DNA from: a virus
Virus record (IMG/VR): IMGVR_UViG_3300036792_000267
Location: 32,001 to 96,000 of that record
Reading direction: 5' to 3' (one strand)
Length of the DNA: 64,000 nt
Made by a program: the position numbers and the translations under genes. The notes beneath the pieces were generated by a model that was not told the DNA's origin, did no database searches, and saw only the letters and a program-made list of their open reading frames with translations. Below, piece after piece: positions 1 to 10,030 of this stretch. Every line of letters begins with the position of its first letter. The stretch's first letter is position 1.

Positions 1-4
1 AGCA

Positions 5-1048
5 GTGACCGCGCCGCGCGAGGTGCTTGACACCCAGCAGTCCCTTTACGCGGCCCTGCAGTACCCGCCGCCCGGCCCGGTCCAGTTCTTCAACGAGCTG
101 TTCGACGGGCTGAAAGACATGATGGGTCGGCGGGACGCCGGCAGGTGGGTGACGGCGAGCTTCATCTCCATGTTCTTCCCGGCCACCAGCGGGGCGGACT
201 TCCTCCAGTGCGTGCGCCGCCCCCTTTACGCTGCCCCCGCCTACCAGGTAGCCGGCGACATCGTGGCTGCGGTGACGGGGATGTACGACAAGACGGCCGA
301 CGAGAGCGGCACCATGCTGCTGGCGGAGGAACTGCCGTCCCCGGCAGGCTTCCTCTGGCTGGATGAGCCGGCTGTCCTGACTGATGCGGGCGGCGTGTCC
401 CTTGCGACGCGGGCCCTGTCCTGGGGCCCTCAGCCTGCACCGTGGGGGAACGGGGAGACCCTGAAAGACGGTATCCGGCTAACTTCGTGGAGCAGTAACC
501 CTGGGGACAGCTACTACCCTGCAGCCGCGAGCGGCGAGCTTCCGCTGGTCTTGCAGCATTCGCAGTTCGTGCCGTTCGGCCAGCAGTTGGTCCGCGCCAC
601 CGGCTCGTTTGAGACGGGCTCGATAACCGTTCACGCCGGCAAGTCCCCGGATGACCTGCTGCACTGGGTGCACACCCTGTGGATGTTCATGGGCACAGAG
701 GTGGTGGCAGCCGAGAGGCCGCATGTTGAGCGGCCTTACCGGCGCCGGGCGCAGCGGGTGGTCGGCAACGAGACGGTGAACGTGGTGCTGCTGCGCCGGG
801 TCCGGCACGGGGGCGCTGAGGTGGTGCACCGGGATATCGACTGGGGCTGCCGGTGGGTGGTTCAGTCTCATTTCCGTCACCTGGAGGACTATTCGGCCAC
901 CGCGGAGCGCCATCACGCGGTATCACTGGGCGGGGACCGCTGCGCTGTCTGCGGTACGCGGATCACGCGGGTGCGGGCGTACGTCAAGGGGCCGGACGGG
1001 CTGCCACTGAAGGCTGTGCCCGAAACTGTTTACAGGGTGGCGAGGTAA
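5..1048 (+). CDS. Conserved actinophage hypothetical protein
   Basis: 347 aa ORF with phage-like codon usage; C-terminal W-x-V-x-x-H-x-R ... YVKGP motif. Confidence 0.6.
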   Translation: MTAPREVLDTQQSLYAALQYPPPGPVQFFNELFDGLKDMMGRRDAGRWVTASFISMFFPATSGADFLQCVRRPLYAAPAYQVAGDIVAAVTGMYDKTADESGTMLLAEELPSPAGFLWLDEPAVLTDAGGVSLATRALSWGPQPAPWGNGETLKDGIRLTSWSSNPGDSYYPAAASGELPLVLQHSQFVPFGQQLVRATGSFETGSITVHAGKSPDDLLHWVHTLWMFMGTEVVAAERPHVERPYRRRAQRVVGNETVNVVLLRRVRHGGAEVVHRDIDWGCRWVVQSHFRHLEDYSATAERHHAVSLGGDRCAVCGTRITRVRAYVKGPDGLPLKAVPETVYRVAR

Positions 1049-1247
1049 ATGTTTCCGCCGGAATTGCAGGTCAAGCAGTTTGTGGCCGAGGTTAACGGGG
1101 CGCATGGCTTCCGCTGGCGCGTGTTTACCACCGGGTCGGATAAGCACTACCTGTTCAGTTGCGTGCAGAACCCTACTTTTTGCCTTCCGGTACTAAAGGC
1201 CGAGCTGAAGCCCGATGTGCGCAGCGCGCTGGCTCACGGGTGGGGTC

Positions 1248-1445
1248 ATGTCGACTGAGGGCGTGCTCGTCGCCGTCATCGCGTGTCCCAAGGACACGTG
1301 CCCGGCTGAGTTCTACGGCACCTGGAAAACGCCGGATGACCTGGAAGAGGACTCGCCTGAGGAGTCCTTGCAGCTGTGCCCTGAATGCGGGTACAAGTTC
1401 ACGGCCGAATGGCCGGGCTACTCGTTTCACACCGAGGCGGGATAG
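1248..1445 (+). CDS. Small Zn-ribbon protein
   Basis: ATG 1248; CPxxxC ... CPECG. Confidence 0.55.
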   Translation: MSTEGVLVAVIACPKDTCPAEFYGTWKTPDDLEEDSPEESLQLCPECGYKFTAEWPGYSFHTEAG

Positions 1446-1486
1446 CCGTAGCAGTCACTGAGTAGGCAACGGACGGGAGAAATCGG

Positions 1487-1897
1487 ATGGGAAGCAACGG
1501 GAAGAGAGCGGCCGGGCTGGCTGGCCTTGGCCTGGCCGGGGTGCTCGCGCTTAGCGCGTGCAACGGCAATTCGGGTACGCCGGCCGCCGCGAGGGTGTCA
1601 GCTGACGCCACCGGGTCGGCCGCTGTCGCCGCCAAGGCGAACCTGGCGGTCATCTCGGCCAAGTGCGGGACCGTGACCGCAGCCGGGCAGATCGCCGCAG
1701 CCAAGGACATGACTTCGAAGGCTGGCCGCCAGGCGTTGTGGGCCAAGTGCGGTGTGCCGAAGGCTAAGCGCTCGCAGGTCGAGACGCAGGCACTGGCGGC
1801 GGCCGAGAAAGCACACCTGGTGTCTGGCGGCCACGCCGCGCGGGTCATCTACTTCGACTCCACCCTGCCCAGCATCATTGAGAAGGCCGAGGCATGA
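1487..1897 (+). CDS. Lipoprotein
   Basis: GGGAG RBS; signal peptide with lipobox LSAC. Confidence 0.7.
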   Translation: MGSNGKRAAGLAGLGLAGVLALSACNGNSGTPAAARVSADATGSAAVAAKANLAVISAKCGTVTAAGQIAAAKDMTSKAGRQALWAKCGVPKAKRSQVETQALAAAEKAHLVSGGHAARVIYFDSTLPSIIEKAEA

Positions 1898-2919
1898 CCG
1901 CGCTGCAGGTGCCCCAGCAGGCGCCTGAGGACGGCCTGCTTTACAAGCTCCGTCATCCGGGCCAGGCCTGGCGCGCTTGGCGCGAGGAGGCGAAGGAGGC
2001 CCGCCAGGCCCTCATCAGGCCCGAGCACAAGCTGCTGACCGGCGAGGACGTCCGGTTCCGGTTCGGGCAGATGACCATCTGGGGCATTGCGGCGGGCTTT
2101 GTCGGCGCGTGTGCCATCGCCGGGGTCTACTTCGCCCTGTTCGAGACTTACTGGCACATGCCGTTCGGCCTGTTCGGCGTTCACGGCGGCGGCTCGCTCA
2201 AGGGCTGGTGGGACAACCTGTTCTCCGGCCCGGTGTGGCCCGCGTTCCGCCATGCCGCGTTCCGCGACATCCCCGAGCCGGTCTTCGCCCTGATGGCGGT
2301 ACAGACCCTGCTGGCCAGGGACAAGTACGAGCCGGTGTCGACGCGGCGGATCATCGTCTCGCCGGTGGTCATCGTCTTCGCTACTTTCGCCCTGGGCGCG
2401 CTGAGCGTCTGGCTGGTCGACTTCGCCTTCCCTGACCTGTGGCACTGGGCAGTGACGGCGCAGGGGCACCCGAGCTGGAGGCTGGACCACACGGCCTGGC
2501 TGGGCCGCTGGAGCCTCGGTGTCCTTATCCCCGGCTTGATCATCAACCGCATCCTGCGGCTGTACTGGGCCCCGGTGGGGGCTACGCTGCAGGGCTACCT
2601 GCTTGACCGGACGATCGACCGCAAGCAGGGCATCGTCCGTGACTGTGGCGTCGAGCCGATGACCGCGGTCGAGTTCGACCGCAAGGGCTGGCACATCATC
2701 CCGTGGATTATCCGGCTGCCGCTGACGCCGCCGGTGATGCGCGAGCGGTTCGCCAAGCTGTGGCGGTCCAACGCCAAGATCAGCGTGCACAACGCTCACG
2801 GGCGGGTCACCGGGTTCATCATTGCCGTGGTGTTCGTGCTGGTTGTCATCGGGTTCATCGGCCACTACCTCATCGGGTCGGCCGGCATCCACGTCCCCTA
2901 CTTCAGCGCGGGAGCCTGA
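1894..2919 (+). CDS. Multi-pass membrane protein
   Basis: Several hydrophobic helices; ATGA overlap with upstream gene. Confidence 0.7.
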   Translation: MTALQVPQQAPEDGLLYKLRHPGQAWRAWREEAKEARQALIRPEHKLLTGEDVRFRFGQMTIWGIAAGFVGACAIAGVYFALFETYWHMPFGLFGVHGGGSLKGWWDNLFSGPVWPAFRHAAFRDIPEPVFALMAVQTLLARDKYEPVSTRRIIVSPVVIVFATFALGALSVWLVDFAFPDLWHWAVTAQGHPSWRLDHTAWLGRWSLGVLIPGLIINRILRLYWAPVGATLQGYLLDRTIDRKQGIVRDCGVEPMTAVEFDRKGWHIIPWIIRLPLTPPVMRERFAKLWRSNAKISVHNAHGRVTGFIIAVVFVLVVIGFIGHYLIGSAGIHVPYFSAGA

Positions 2920-2920
2920 C

Positions 2921-3265
2921 ATGGGCCGGGTTATCGCCGCCCTTGCCGCCCTTGTCATCGTCGTTGGCGGCTTGTACTGGCTCAACAGCGCCGAGACCAC
3001 GAAGAACAACATCACCTGCGTGAAGCAGGCCAGCATCGCGGGCGTCATCAAGTACGAGCTGTGCATCGCCGGGCAGGGCCAGCCGCAGTACGTGCCCTAC
3101 TCGGTGTGGCGCACCGCTAAGGTCGGCGGCTACTACGACGAGGGCACGCACACCGTATACAAGGGCGCCGGCGACGACCCGCATGTCTCGCACGGCATCG
3201 GCGACGACGGTGGTGGTGAGGGTCACGGCGGTGACGGCGGGGGCCACGGAGGCGGCGGGGAGTGA
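2921..3265 (+). CDS. Small membrane-anchored/secreted protein with Gly/His-rich tail
   Basis: ATG 2921 right after upstream stop; N-terminal TM helix. Confidence 0.6.
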   Translation: MGRVIAALAALVIVVGGLYWLNSAETTKNNITCVKQASIAGVIKYELCIAGQGQPQYVPYSVWRTAKVGGYYDEGTHTVYKGAGDDPHVSHGIGDDGGGEGHGGDGGGHGGGGE

Positions 3266-3424
3266 GCTTCTGGGACCTGAAGACCCGGCTGGCGAAAGCT
3301 GGCCGGGTCTCCCTCTGGTTCGAGCCGAGGGACCTGTGGCTCTTCTACTTCCACGGCGAGGACGCAAGCTACGTGGTCATCGTCCCCATGTTCCCCGTCC
3401 GCATCGAGCGCCGTAGCAGTAAGC

Positions 3425-4387
3425 ATGCTGAACCGCATCGAGGTTAGGAACTACCAGAGCCTGCATAGCGCGGACATCCCGCTGGGCTGGTTCACGGTCA
3501 TCACCGGGCCGACCGGGTCGGGCAAGAGCGGGCTGTTCCGCGCGATGATGATGCTCGCGCGCAACGCCCGGGGCACCTCCTACATCACTCACGGCCAGGC
3601 GTCGTGCTCGGTGGCTGCCGGAGACGGCCGGTTCATTGTCCGCCTCACCAGGTCATCGGCGCGGGGCGGGAAGAACGAGTACCGGGTGGCACGGCTGGTT
3701 CCGACTCCGGTCAGGAACGGCGAGGGCTGGACCGCCTGCACGTACACCAAGCTGAACAGCCAGGTCCCCGCGCCGGTGGAAGACTTGCTGCAGCTGTCCG
3801 AGCTGAACTTCGCCAGGCAGCTCCCGCAGGTCCCGTACCTGCTGAGCCTGCCCGGCACGGAGATTGCACGGCGGCTAGGTGATTTGACGAACGTTTCCCT
3901 GGTGCTTGGGGCCGCCGCCGAGGCCGGGCGCCTCCGCAAGCGGGCGGATCGCGAGCTGGAGGACGCCCGTGCCCGGCGTGACGCCCTCATGGCGGAGGCG
4001 CAGGAGTTCGCGGGCATCAGGGAGCGCCGTGCGGCCTGCACAGCGGCCGAGGAGGCCCTTGCGGCGGTTCAGGCCACGGCGGCGCTGGCCGAGCGGCTGC
4101 GTGCCCTGACGGCCCGCCTGGAGGCCGCGGAGGCTGCCGAGGCCGCTGCCCGTGCCGAGGCTGCCTGCCAGGCTCCGCCGTCCCTGGACCGCCTGAACAA
4201 GCTGGTCACTGACTGGGCCCGGCTGCGGCACCTTTCCGGGCAACTGGAGGTGGCGGAGGGGGCAGCAGCCTGGCATGCCGGGCAGGCACAGGCCGCGCTT
4301 GCCGATGAGCGGGCTGCGGAAGAGGCCATTCACGCTGCCCTGGCCGACGCTGGCCAGTGTCCCCTCTGCGGGCAGGCCGTCGCCTAG
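3425..4387 (+). CDS. Rad50/SbcC-like ATPase, N-terminal half
   Basis: IEVRNYQS start, Walker A GPTGSGKS, Q-loop FARQ, coiled coil, ends at zinc hook CPLCGQ. Confidence 0.85.
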   Translation: MLNRIEVRNYQSLHSADIPLGWFTVITGPTGSGKSGLFRAMMMLARNARGTSYITHGQASCSVAAGDGRFIVRLTRSSARGGKNEYRVARLVPTPVRNGEGWTACTYTKLNSQVPAPVEDLLQLSELNFARQLPQVPYLLSLPGTEIARRLGDLTNVSLVLGAAAEAGRLRKRADRELEDARARRDALMAEAQEFAGIRERRAACTAAEEALAAVQATAALAERLRALTARLEAAEAAEAAARAEAACQAPPSLDRLNKLVTDWARLRHLSGQLEVAEGAAAWHAGQAQAALADERAAEEAIHAALADAGQCPLCGQAVA

Positions 4388-4428
4388 CCCCCGATAGCTC
4401 CTGCCGAGGCGACAGGCAGGAGATTCCG

Positions 4429-5436
4429 ATGTCCAATGCGGCCGGGGAAGACCGGAGCAGCTTCCAGTCAGTCCAGTCCTGGGGCGGTAACGCGTTCGCG
4501 TTCGCCAAGGCGACTGAGGGAACGTCCTGGTCAGACCCCACGTTCGCGTCCAACTGGGCGAACGCGGCGAACGAGGGCAAGGTACGCGGGGCCTACCACT
4601 TCTTCCACCCGGCTGACAGCGCGGGCGGCCAGGCGCAGTTCTTCATGTCGGTCGTCAAGGCCCATGGCCTACGGGCTGGGGACGTGCTCATCGCGGACGT
4701 GGAGATCTCCGCCGGCGCGGACGGCATGGAGGGCTACGGCACCGAGGGTGCCGCCCGGCGCTCGCACACCGGGCTGAGGGAGCTTCCCCGCGAGTTCACC
4801 GCGGCGGGCGTGGGCTCGGGCGCGCTGGTGTTCCTGAACGCGGTTCAGGCGGCGGCCGGGCCGCAGGTCAAGGTGCTGCTCTACAGCAGCCTGTTCATGG
4901 CGCAGAACCTGCTTATCCCGTGCGCCTCCTACCCGCTGTTCCTGGCCTACTATGCCGGCAGCCCGGCGCAGAGCGTGGCCCCGTGGAGGTCGTGGACTTT
5001 CTGGCAGAACGGGGCCACGGGCGAGGGCGGCGGTGACCTCGACTACTTCAACGGGGACGAGGCGGCGCTGGTTCACTGGGCTAACCCCGCGCCGTCCCCG
5101 CTGCCGCCGAACTGGGCCTACCCGCCGGTGCGGTCCCTGACGGCCTCTGGCGGCCAGACCAGTGTCAAGCTGGAGTGGACCGCGCCCGCGCCGGTGCCCA
5201 ACCAGCAGCCGATGCCCGGCATCGCGGAGTACGAGATCGCTATCGCCAAGGGCACCTCGATCAACGGGCCGGAGGTCGCGTCCTACCCGCGCTACCTGGC
5301 CAAGGGCGCCAACCCCGAGGTGTGGCAGGGCGGCTCGCTGGCGCGTAAGACGCAGTACACCGCCGGGGTGCGCGCTGTCGGTGCGGGCGGCAGCCACGCG
5401 GGCAGCTGGGCCACGGTGACGTTCAGCACGACATGA
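4429..5436 (+). CDS. GH25 muramidase (endolysin) with C-terminal Fn3-like domain
   Basis: KATEG, GAYHFF, DVE catalytic motif, WTFWQ, DLD; beta-rich C-terminus. Confidence 0.85.
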   Translation: MSNAAGEDRSSFQSVQSWGGNAFAFAKATEGTSWSDPTFASNWANAANEGKVRGAYHFFHPADSAGGQAQFFMSVVKAHGLRAGDVLIADVEISAGADGMEGYGTEGAARRSHTGLRELPREFTAAGVGSGALVFLNAVQAAAGPQVKVLLYSSLFMAQNLLIPCASYPLFLAYYAGSPAQSVAPWRSWTFWQNGATGEGGGDLDYFNGDEAALVHWANPAPSPLPPNWAYPPVRSLTASGGQTSVKLEWTAPAPVPNQQPMPGIAEYEIAIAKGTSINGPEVASYPRYLAKGANPEVWQGGSLARKTQYTAGVRAVGAGGSHAGSWATVTFSTT

Positions 5437-5451
5437 GCCGTAGTACGTGGT

Positions 5452-6429
5452 GTGGCCCTCTATCTGTGCGTTAACGACATCCACGCTCGGCGCCGCCCGC
5501 CGAGCAGCTGCACGGATACGTACTGGCCTGACCTGCTGAAGCTGCTCTACCAGACCGTGGATGTCGCCCGCGAGCGCGAGGTGGCCGCAGTCGTGTGGGC
5601 GGGCGACGTGTTCGACTTCAAGGCACCGTCGCGGACTGACCACGGGCTGATGCAGGAGATTATCGGGGTAATCCAGTCTTACCCGTGCCCGGCATGGATC
5701 TTGCCGGGCAATCATGACATCCAGTTCGACAGGCTGGAGTCCATCGAGATGACGCAGCCGCTGGGCGTGCTGTTCAAGGCTGGTGCCCGGCGGCTGGACG
5801 GCTGGCGTGAAGACGCCCCGCTATACGGCGTGCCCTGGCAGCAGGAATGGTCCCAGGGGACTGTCCGGGCTGCGCTAGCGGACTGGTACGAGTACACGCC
5901 GTTTGAGGCCGCCGGGCCACACCAGCTCGTCGTCACTCACGCCCCGATCTACCCGCCCGGTCAGGAGCCGCGTTACGAGGGGGCTGAGTTCACCCCGGCG
6001 TCCTGGTGGGCGGATGCCCTGGGCAACGAGGGCTGCCTGCTTTACGGGCACATCCACGAGCCGCACGGCGTGTGGCGGCACGAGGGCGTGACGTTCTGCA
6101 ACTTCGGCGCGCTCAGCCGGGGCAGCCTGGACGAGTACAACCGTAGCCGCCAGGTCGGGTGCGCGCTGTGGGACAGCGCGACCGGCGAGTTCGAGTTCGT
6201 GCCGCTCGATGCGAGGCCGGCCGAGGAGGTGTTCCGCCTGCGGCAGCACGAGGAGGCCCAGGCCTCGCACCGCCGGCTTGACCTCTTCCTGTCGGGGGTG
6301 GACGCCGCTACCCTCGGCCTGCTGAACGTGGAGTCCGTAATTGCCCACATACGCGAGGGCGGCCATGACGCCCGCGTGGTGAGCCTGGCCGAGGAACTGC
6401 TCATGGCCCAGCAGGGGGGAACGCGTTGA
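5452..6429 (+). CDS. Mre11/SbcD-like metallophosphoesterase nuclease
   Basis: DIH, GDVFD, GNHD, GHIH, NFGAL motifs. Confidence 0.88.
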   Translation: MALYLCVNDIHARRRPPSSCTDTYWPDLLKLLYQTVDVAREREVAAVVWAGDVFDFKAPSRTDHGLMQEIIGVIQSYPCPAWILPGNHDIQFDRLESIEMTQPLGVLFKAGARRLDGWREDAPLYGVPWQQEWSQGTVRAALADWYEYTPFEAAGPHQLVVTHAPIYPPGQEPRYEGAEFTPASWWADALGNEGCLLYGHIHEPHGVWRHEGVTFCNFGALSRGSLDEYNRSRQVGCALWDSATGEFEFVPLDARPAEEVFRLRQHEEAQASHRRLDLFLSGVDAATLGLLNVESVIAHIREGGHDARVVSLAEELLMAQQGGTR

Positions 6430-6941
6430 ACCGCATGTTCTTGAGGACCGCCGTCGGCTTCGACCTGGACAGCACGCTGTGCGACACGCGGCACCGCTGG
6501 CACCTGTCGCCGATGGCTGACCCGGAGTCAAGCTGGGCCGTGTACTGCGCAGCGCGGACGGGCGACACGCCTATTGCCGGCACCGTGGCTGCGGCCAGGC
6601 TGCATTACCTGTATAACCAGATCCACATCTGGTCAGGCAGTGAGTCGTCATCGGATGCGGTGACCCGCCGGTGGCTGAACCGTCACCGGGTCCCGTTTGA
6701 CGACCTCCGGCAGCGCCCGCTCGGCGACGACCGGCCCAACGCCGAGGTCAAGATCGGCTTCATCGAGGAGCTGCGGGCCCGCGGCATCGAGACGGTGCTG
6801 TACTTCGAGGACATTCCGGACGTGGCCGCGGAGATCCACGAGAAGACCGGCGTTCCCGTCCTGGTCGTCAACCCCTGCTATCCCGAGGACCTGGATAAGT
6901 TCCGGCACGGCGTGCACGACGGCATGGGCGGCGGCTTGTGA
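6426..6941 (+). CDS. HAD-family phosphatase (PNK 3'-phosphatase-like)
   Basis: FDLDSTL motif I, SG, K, FED motif IV. Confidence 0.75.
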   Translation: MNRMFLRTAVGFDLDSTLCDTRHRWHLSPMADPESSWAVYCAARTGDTPIAGTVAAARLHYLYNQIHIWSGSESSSDAVTRRWLNRHRVPFDDLRQRPLGDDRPNAEVKIGFIEELRARGIETVLYFEDIPDVAAEIHEKTGVPVLVVNPCYPEDLDKFRHGVHDGMGGGL

Positions 6942-7165
6942 GCGAGTGCAAGCACGAGATCGAGGAGGTGACCTGCTCGATGTGCCGTCCCAGGCACGCG
7001 ACGCAGGCGAGAGCCACCCGGTCCCCGGCGTTCGGCCCGTGGATTGTCGCCAGCTATGACGGTGAGTGCGCGGGCGGTTGCGGCCAGGGGGTTCGACGGG
7101 GTGACCAGATCCGGTCCGATGGCGCAGGGAACTGGCTATGCACGATCTGCGGGAACGACCAGTGA
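6938..7165 (+). CDS. Small Cys-rich protein
   Basis: CxH, CxxC motifs; GTGA overlaps on both sides. Confidence 0.55.
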   Translation: MSECKHEIEEVTCSMCRPRHATQARATRSPAFGPWIVASYDGECAGGCGQGVRRGDQIRSDGAGNWLCTICGNDQ

Positions 7166-7197
7166 GCGACAACGGGACGCTCCGGCTGAGCTGGTCG
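7162..7197 (+). pseudogene. Orphaned original N-terminus of the exonuclease gene (MSDNGTLRLSWS)
   Basis: Duplicates the DDGALRLSWS segment at 7770-7799 on the far side of the endonuclease gene. Confidence 0.7.
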
Positions 7198-7219
7198 CCG
7201 TGTACCGTACACTCCTGGT

Positions 7220-7792
7220 GTGAAGACTTATGTACCAGGAGTGCCCCGAACTTGCAGTCGCTGCCATAAGTCCGACAGTGAAGTTGAGTTCCCGCCATAC
7301 CGTTCGGCTTACTGCGTTGTTTGCCGACCGCTGGCCAAGCAGGACTGGGCTGTCGGCAGCCGGACGACCATCCGTATTCAGGAGAGTGCTCAGCGGCTGG
7401 CCCGTCATCAGCGCGATCCGGACGGGGAGTGGCGTAAGGAACTGGACAAGCACTTGCGGTCTAAGTTCCATATCACGGTTGACGACTATGACCGGATGTA
7501 TGAAGCTCAGCACGGTCTGTGTGGTATTTGCGGGAAACCAGGTCGCGGGTCTGCCAGATTCGATGGCAGCGAAAGGCGTCTTGCTGTTGACCATGACCGA
7601 CGTTGTTGCCCTGGTGACAAGTCCTGCGGGAAGTGTGTTCGCGGCCTTCTCTGTGGGTCGTGTAACCCTAAGCTCGGTTTTTACGAGCTGTTCGAGAATC
7701 AATGTCAGTCCTGGCGGAACCGCCGTGTTCAAGTGGAGGAGGTGGTGCTAGATGTCCGGAAAGATTGGCGACGACGGAGCCCTGCGGCTTAG
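7220..7792 (+). CDS. Endonuclease VII-family homing endonuclease
   Basis: Q..LCGIC, LAVDHDRRCC, VRGLLCxxCN; lower GC. Confidence 0.85.
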   Translation: MKTYVPGVPRTCSRCHKSDSEVEFPPYRSAYCVVCRPLAKQDWAVGSRTTIRIQESAQRLARHQRDPDGEWRKELDKHLRSKFHITVDDYDRMYEAQHGLCGICGKPGRGSARFDGSERRLAVDHDRRCCPGDKSCGKCVRGLLCGSCNPKLGFYELFENQCQSWRNRRVQVEEVVLDVRKDWRRRSPAA

Positions 7793-8589
7793 TTGGTCCC
7801 GCCTCCGGCTTCATTTAGCATGACGAGTGCCCCGCTAAAGGGGACCTGCTGCGCAAGCACAAGTCGCCGGTGCAGGACGCGCGCAACTACTTTCACGGCA
7901 ACGTGGTTGACCTGGCCATGCGCCGCTGGCTGAGCCAGGAGGACCCGGAGGCCGGGTGGATGGCCGCCCAGGTCGACGCGATCTTCGATGAGTCCATCGG
8001 CATCGCCAGGGACTCTGGTGACGGCATCGTCCGGTGGAAAGGCCCCAACGACAAGAACGAGACCCGCGAGTTCTGCCGCGAGCTGGTGAAGCGGCTGGAG
8101 CCTATCCTGTGCAAGTACGCTATCCCGTTTGAGTGGCAGCCCGCGGAGCGGTTCTCTGTGCCCCTCCGGATCGAGGACCTGAACGGGTCGATGCGCGAGA
8201 TCATCCTCATCGGCGAGATGGACTTGCTGGTGCGTGACCGCGAGGGGCGGTACGCGGTCTGGGACCTGAAGGCGACCAGGGACAACAGCTACTACAAGAA
8301 GGTGCTCGGCCAGCTCGCGTTCTACGCCATCGCCGTGAAGGCGATGAAAGGCCAGTTCCCGGTGATGACGGGACTGATTCAGCCGATGTGCGACCAGCGG
8401 GTGCTCCCGGTCACCGTCGACCATGACGCGGTAGCCCAGATGGCTGGCCGCATTACCAAGGCCGCCCGCGACATCTGGGCCGGCAAGCTCGCCCCAAAAG
8501 CTGACAATGCCGGGTGCGCGTACTGCCCGGTGAAGCACGCCTGCCCCAAGTTCAGCTCCGGCGGCCGGGCAGCCCTGGCTGCGGCGTAG
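7752..8589 (+). CDS. PD-(D/E)xK RecB/Cas4-like exonuclease; needs a 7-nt bypass at 7815-7821
   Basis: Strong SD + ATG 7752; SWS..H-D-E-CP N-terminal motif restored only by hopping CAT TTA G CAT; GEMD, DLK, QLAFY, CAYCPVKHAC. Confidence 0.85.
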
Positions 8590-8597
8590 TACCTGAC

Positions 8598-8849
8598 ATG
8601 GGACTTGAGGAGACGGTAGCCAGGCTGCGCGAGGACGTGACTGCCGCCCAGCGCCAGCACGCCAGCGCAGCGGCGCAGGCAGAACAGGCCGGCGCCCGCG
8701 CTGCCACGGTCCGCGAGGACCTGGAATCCGGGTTCGGCGTGACCACTGTGGAAGCAGCCAAGGCTGAGCTAGCCAGGCTGGAGAGCAAGCTCGCGACCGA
8801 GGCAGCCGAGGTACGGCGGCAGCTCGGCCTGGCAGGAGGGGCAGCATGA
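8598..8849 (+). CDS. Small coiled-coil protein
   Basis: ATG 8598 after CGTAGTA motif; heptad Ala/Glu pattern. Confidence 0.65.
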   Translation: MGLEETVARLREDVTAAQRQHASAAAQAEQAGARAATVREDLESGFGVTTVEAAKAELARLESKLATEAAEVRRQLGLAGGAA

Positions 8850-10015
8850 CCAAAGAAGCAGGGGCTGACTACGGCTCCCTGGAGTTCACCGTCCGGCGGG
8901 CCATGTTCGCCCAGCTGGCGGACTGGGTGATGACCGCCGTCCCGAGCAGCGCCACGCTCCCGGTCAACGGCTGCTTCCAGGTCACCGTGAGCCCTGAGAA
9001 CCTGCGGGTGGCTGCCACCGACCAGGCTAAGGCGGTGCTTGCCGAGATCCCCGCCATCTCCTCGCAGTCGTCCGGGCAGGTCTACCTGCCGGCCAAGAAG
9101 CTGCGGTCGATCCTGAGCGAGGCCCGTGAGGGCGATGTCACCGTGTCGGTCAAGGCCGGCACGGCGGCGGTGACCGCGGGCTCGGCCAGCTGGCAGCTTC
9201 GCCTGCCCAGCCCTGACGGCTACACCGGGATGCCTGACCTGGAGTCGGCCGCGTTCGCCCCGGTCAGCCGGGAGGCCCTGCGCTGGGCGCTCGACACCGT
9301 GCGGCACGCGGTCGGCAAGGACGCCGGCCGTCCGGCGTTCACCCAGGTCCGTATCGCCGAGGCTGCCGGGCAGATGCTCGCTTGCGCGGCTGACGCCAGC
9401 CAGTTCGCTTCCGCGCCGGTGAACGGCTTCCCGCGTGACATGCTCATCCCCGGCGGCGTGCTGGATGACCTGCTTAAGCTGCTGTCCAAGATCCCGGTGG
9501 ACGACATCGAGGTGGCCGAGTCCGGCCCCTACGCGGTGTTCCGGGTCGGCACCGTTACCCTGGCGGCGCTGCGGATGGGCGCCCCGTTCCCGAATGTCGA
9601 CCAGCTGTTCCTTGGTCCGGTCAAGGGCAATGACATGAAGCTGGGCGTCGACAAGGACGAGCTGACCGCCGCGCTGCGCCGGGTCAGGGTCAATGTCGAC
9701 GCCAGCACGTCGGCGGTCGCGCTCATCGCCGACACCGCCCCTGGCGGCCGGGGCCGGCTGACCGTCACCGGCCGGGACAAGGGGGGCAACAGCGCTGAGG
9801 AGGTCATCCCAGCGTCCTGGGCGGGCGAGCAGCACCTCATGGTCGTCAACGCGGTGTTCCTGGCCAGCCTGCTGGCTGCCCACCCGGGCGCCACCTGCGA
9901 GTTCATGGTGGGCAAGGATCGCGGCCGGGTGCGCGCGCCCCTCCTGCTCAGGGACGAGGACAAGCAGGTCACCGGGACCTGCCCGCAAATGCCGCCCGCG
10001 CTCGTGGGCTACTAA
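8846..10015 (+). CDS. dnaN: DNA polymerase III beta sliding clamp
   Basis: 389 aa, three-domain pattern; ATD, LPAKKL, FPNVDQL, VNAVFL. Confidence 0.85.
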   Translation: MTKEAGADYGSLEFTVRRAMFAQLADWVMTAVPSSATLPVNGCFQVTVSPENLRVAATDQAKAVLAEIPAISSQSSGQVYLPAKKLRSILSEAREGDVTVSVKAGTAAVTAGSASWQLRLPSPDGYTGMPDLESAAFAPVSREALRWALDTVRHAVGKDAGRPAFTQVRIAEAAGQMLACAADASQFASAPVNGFPRDMLIPGGVLDDLLKLLSKIPVDDIEVAESGPYAVFRVGTVTLAALRMGAPFPNVDQLFLGPVKGNDMKLGVDKDELTAALRRVRVNVDASTSAVALIADTAPGGRGRLTVTGRDKGGNSAEEVIPASWAGEQHLMVVNAVFLASLLAAHPGATCEFMVGKDRGRVRAPLLLRDEDKQVTGTCPQMPPALVGY

Positions 10016-10030
10016 CAGAGAGGCACCGAG

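Noticed and set aside
7198-7799. Endonuclease insertions as group I introns or inteins
   Set aside because: No intron core or intein splice motifs seen; the cassette supplies a new SD and start instead.
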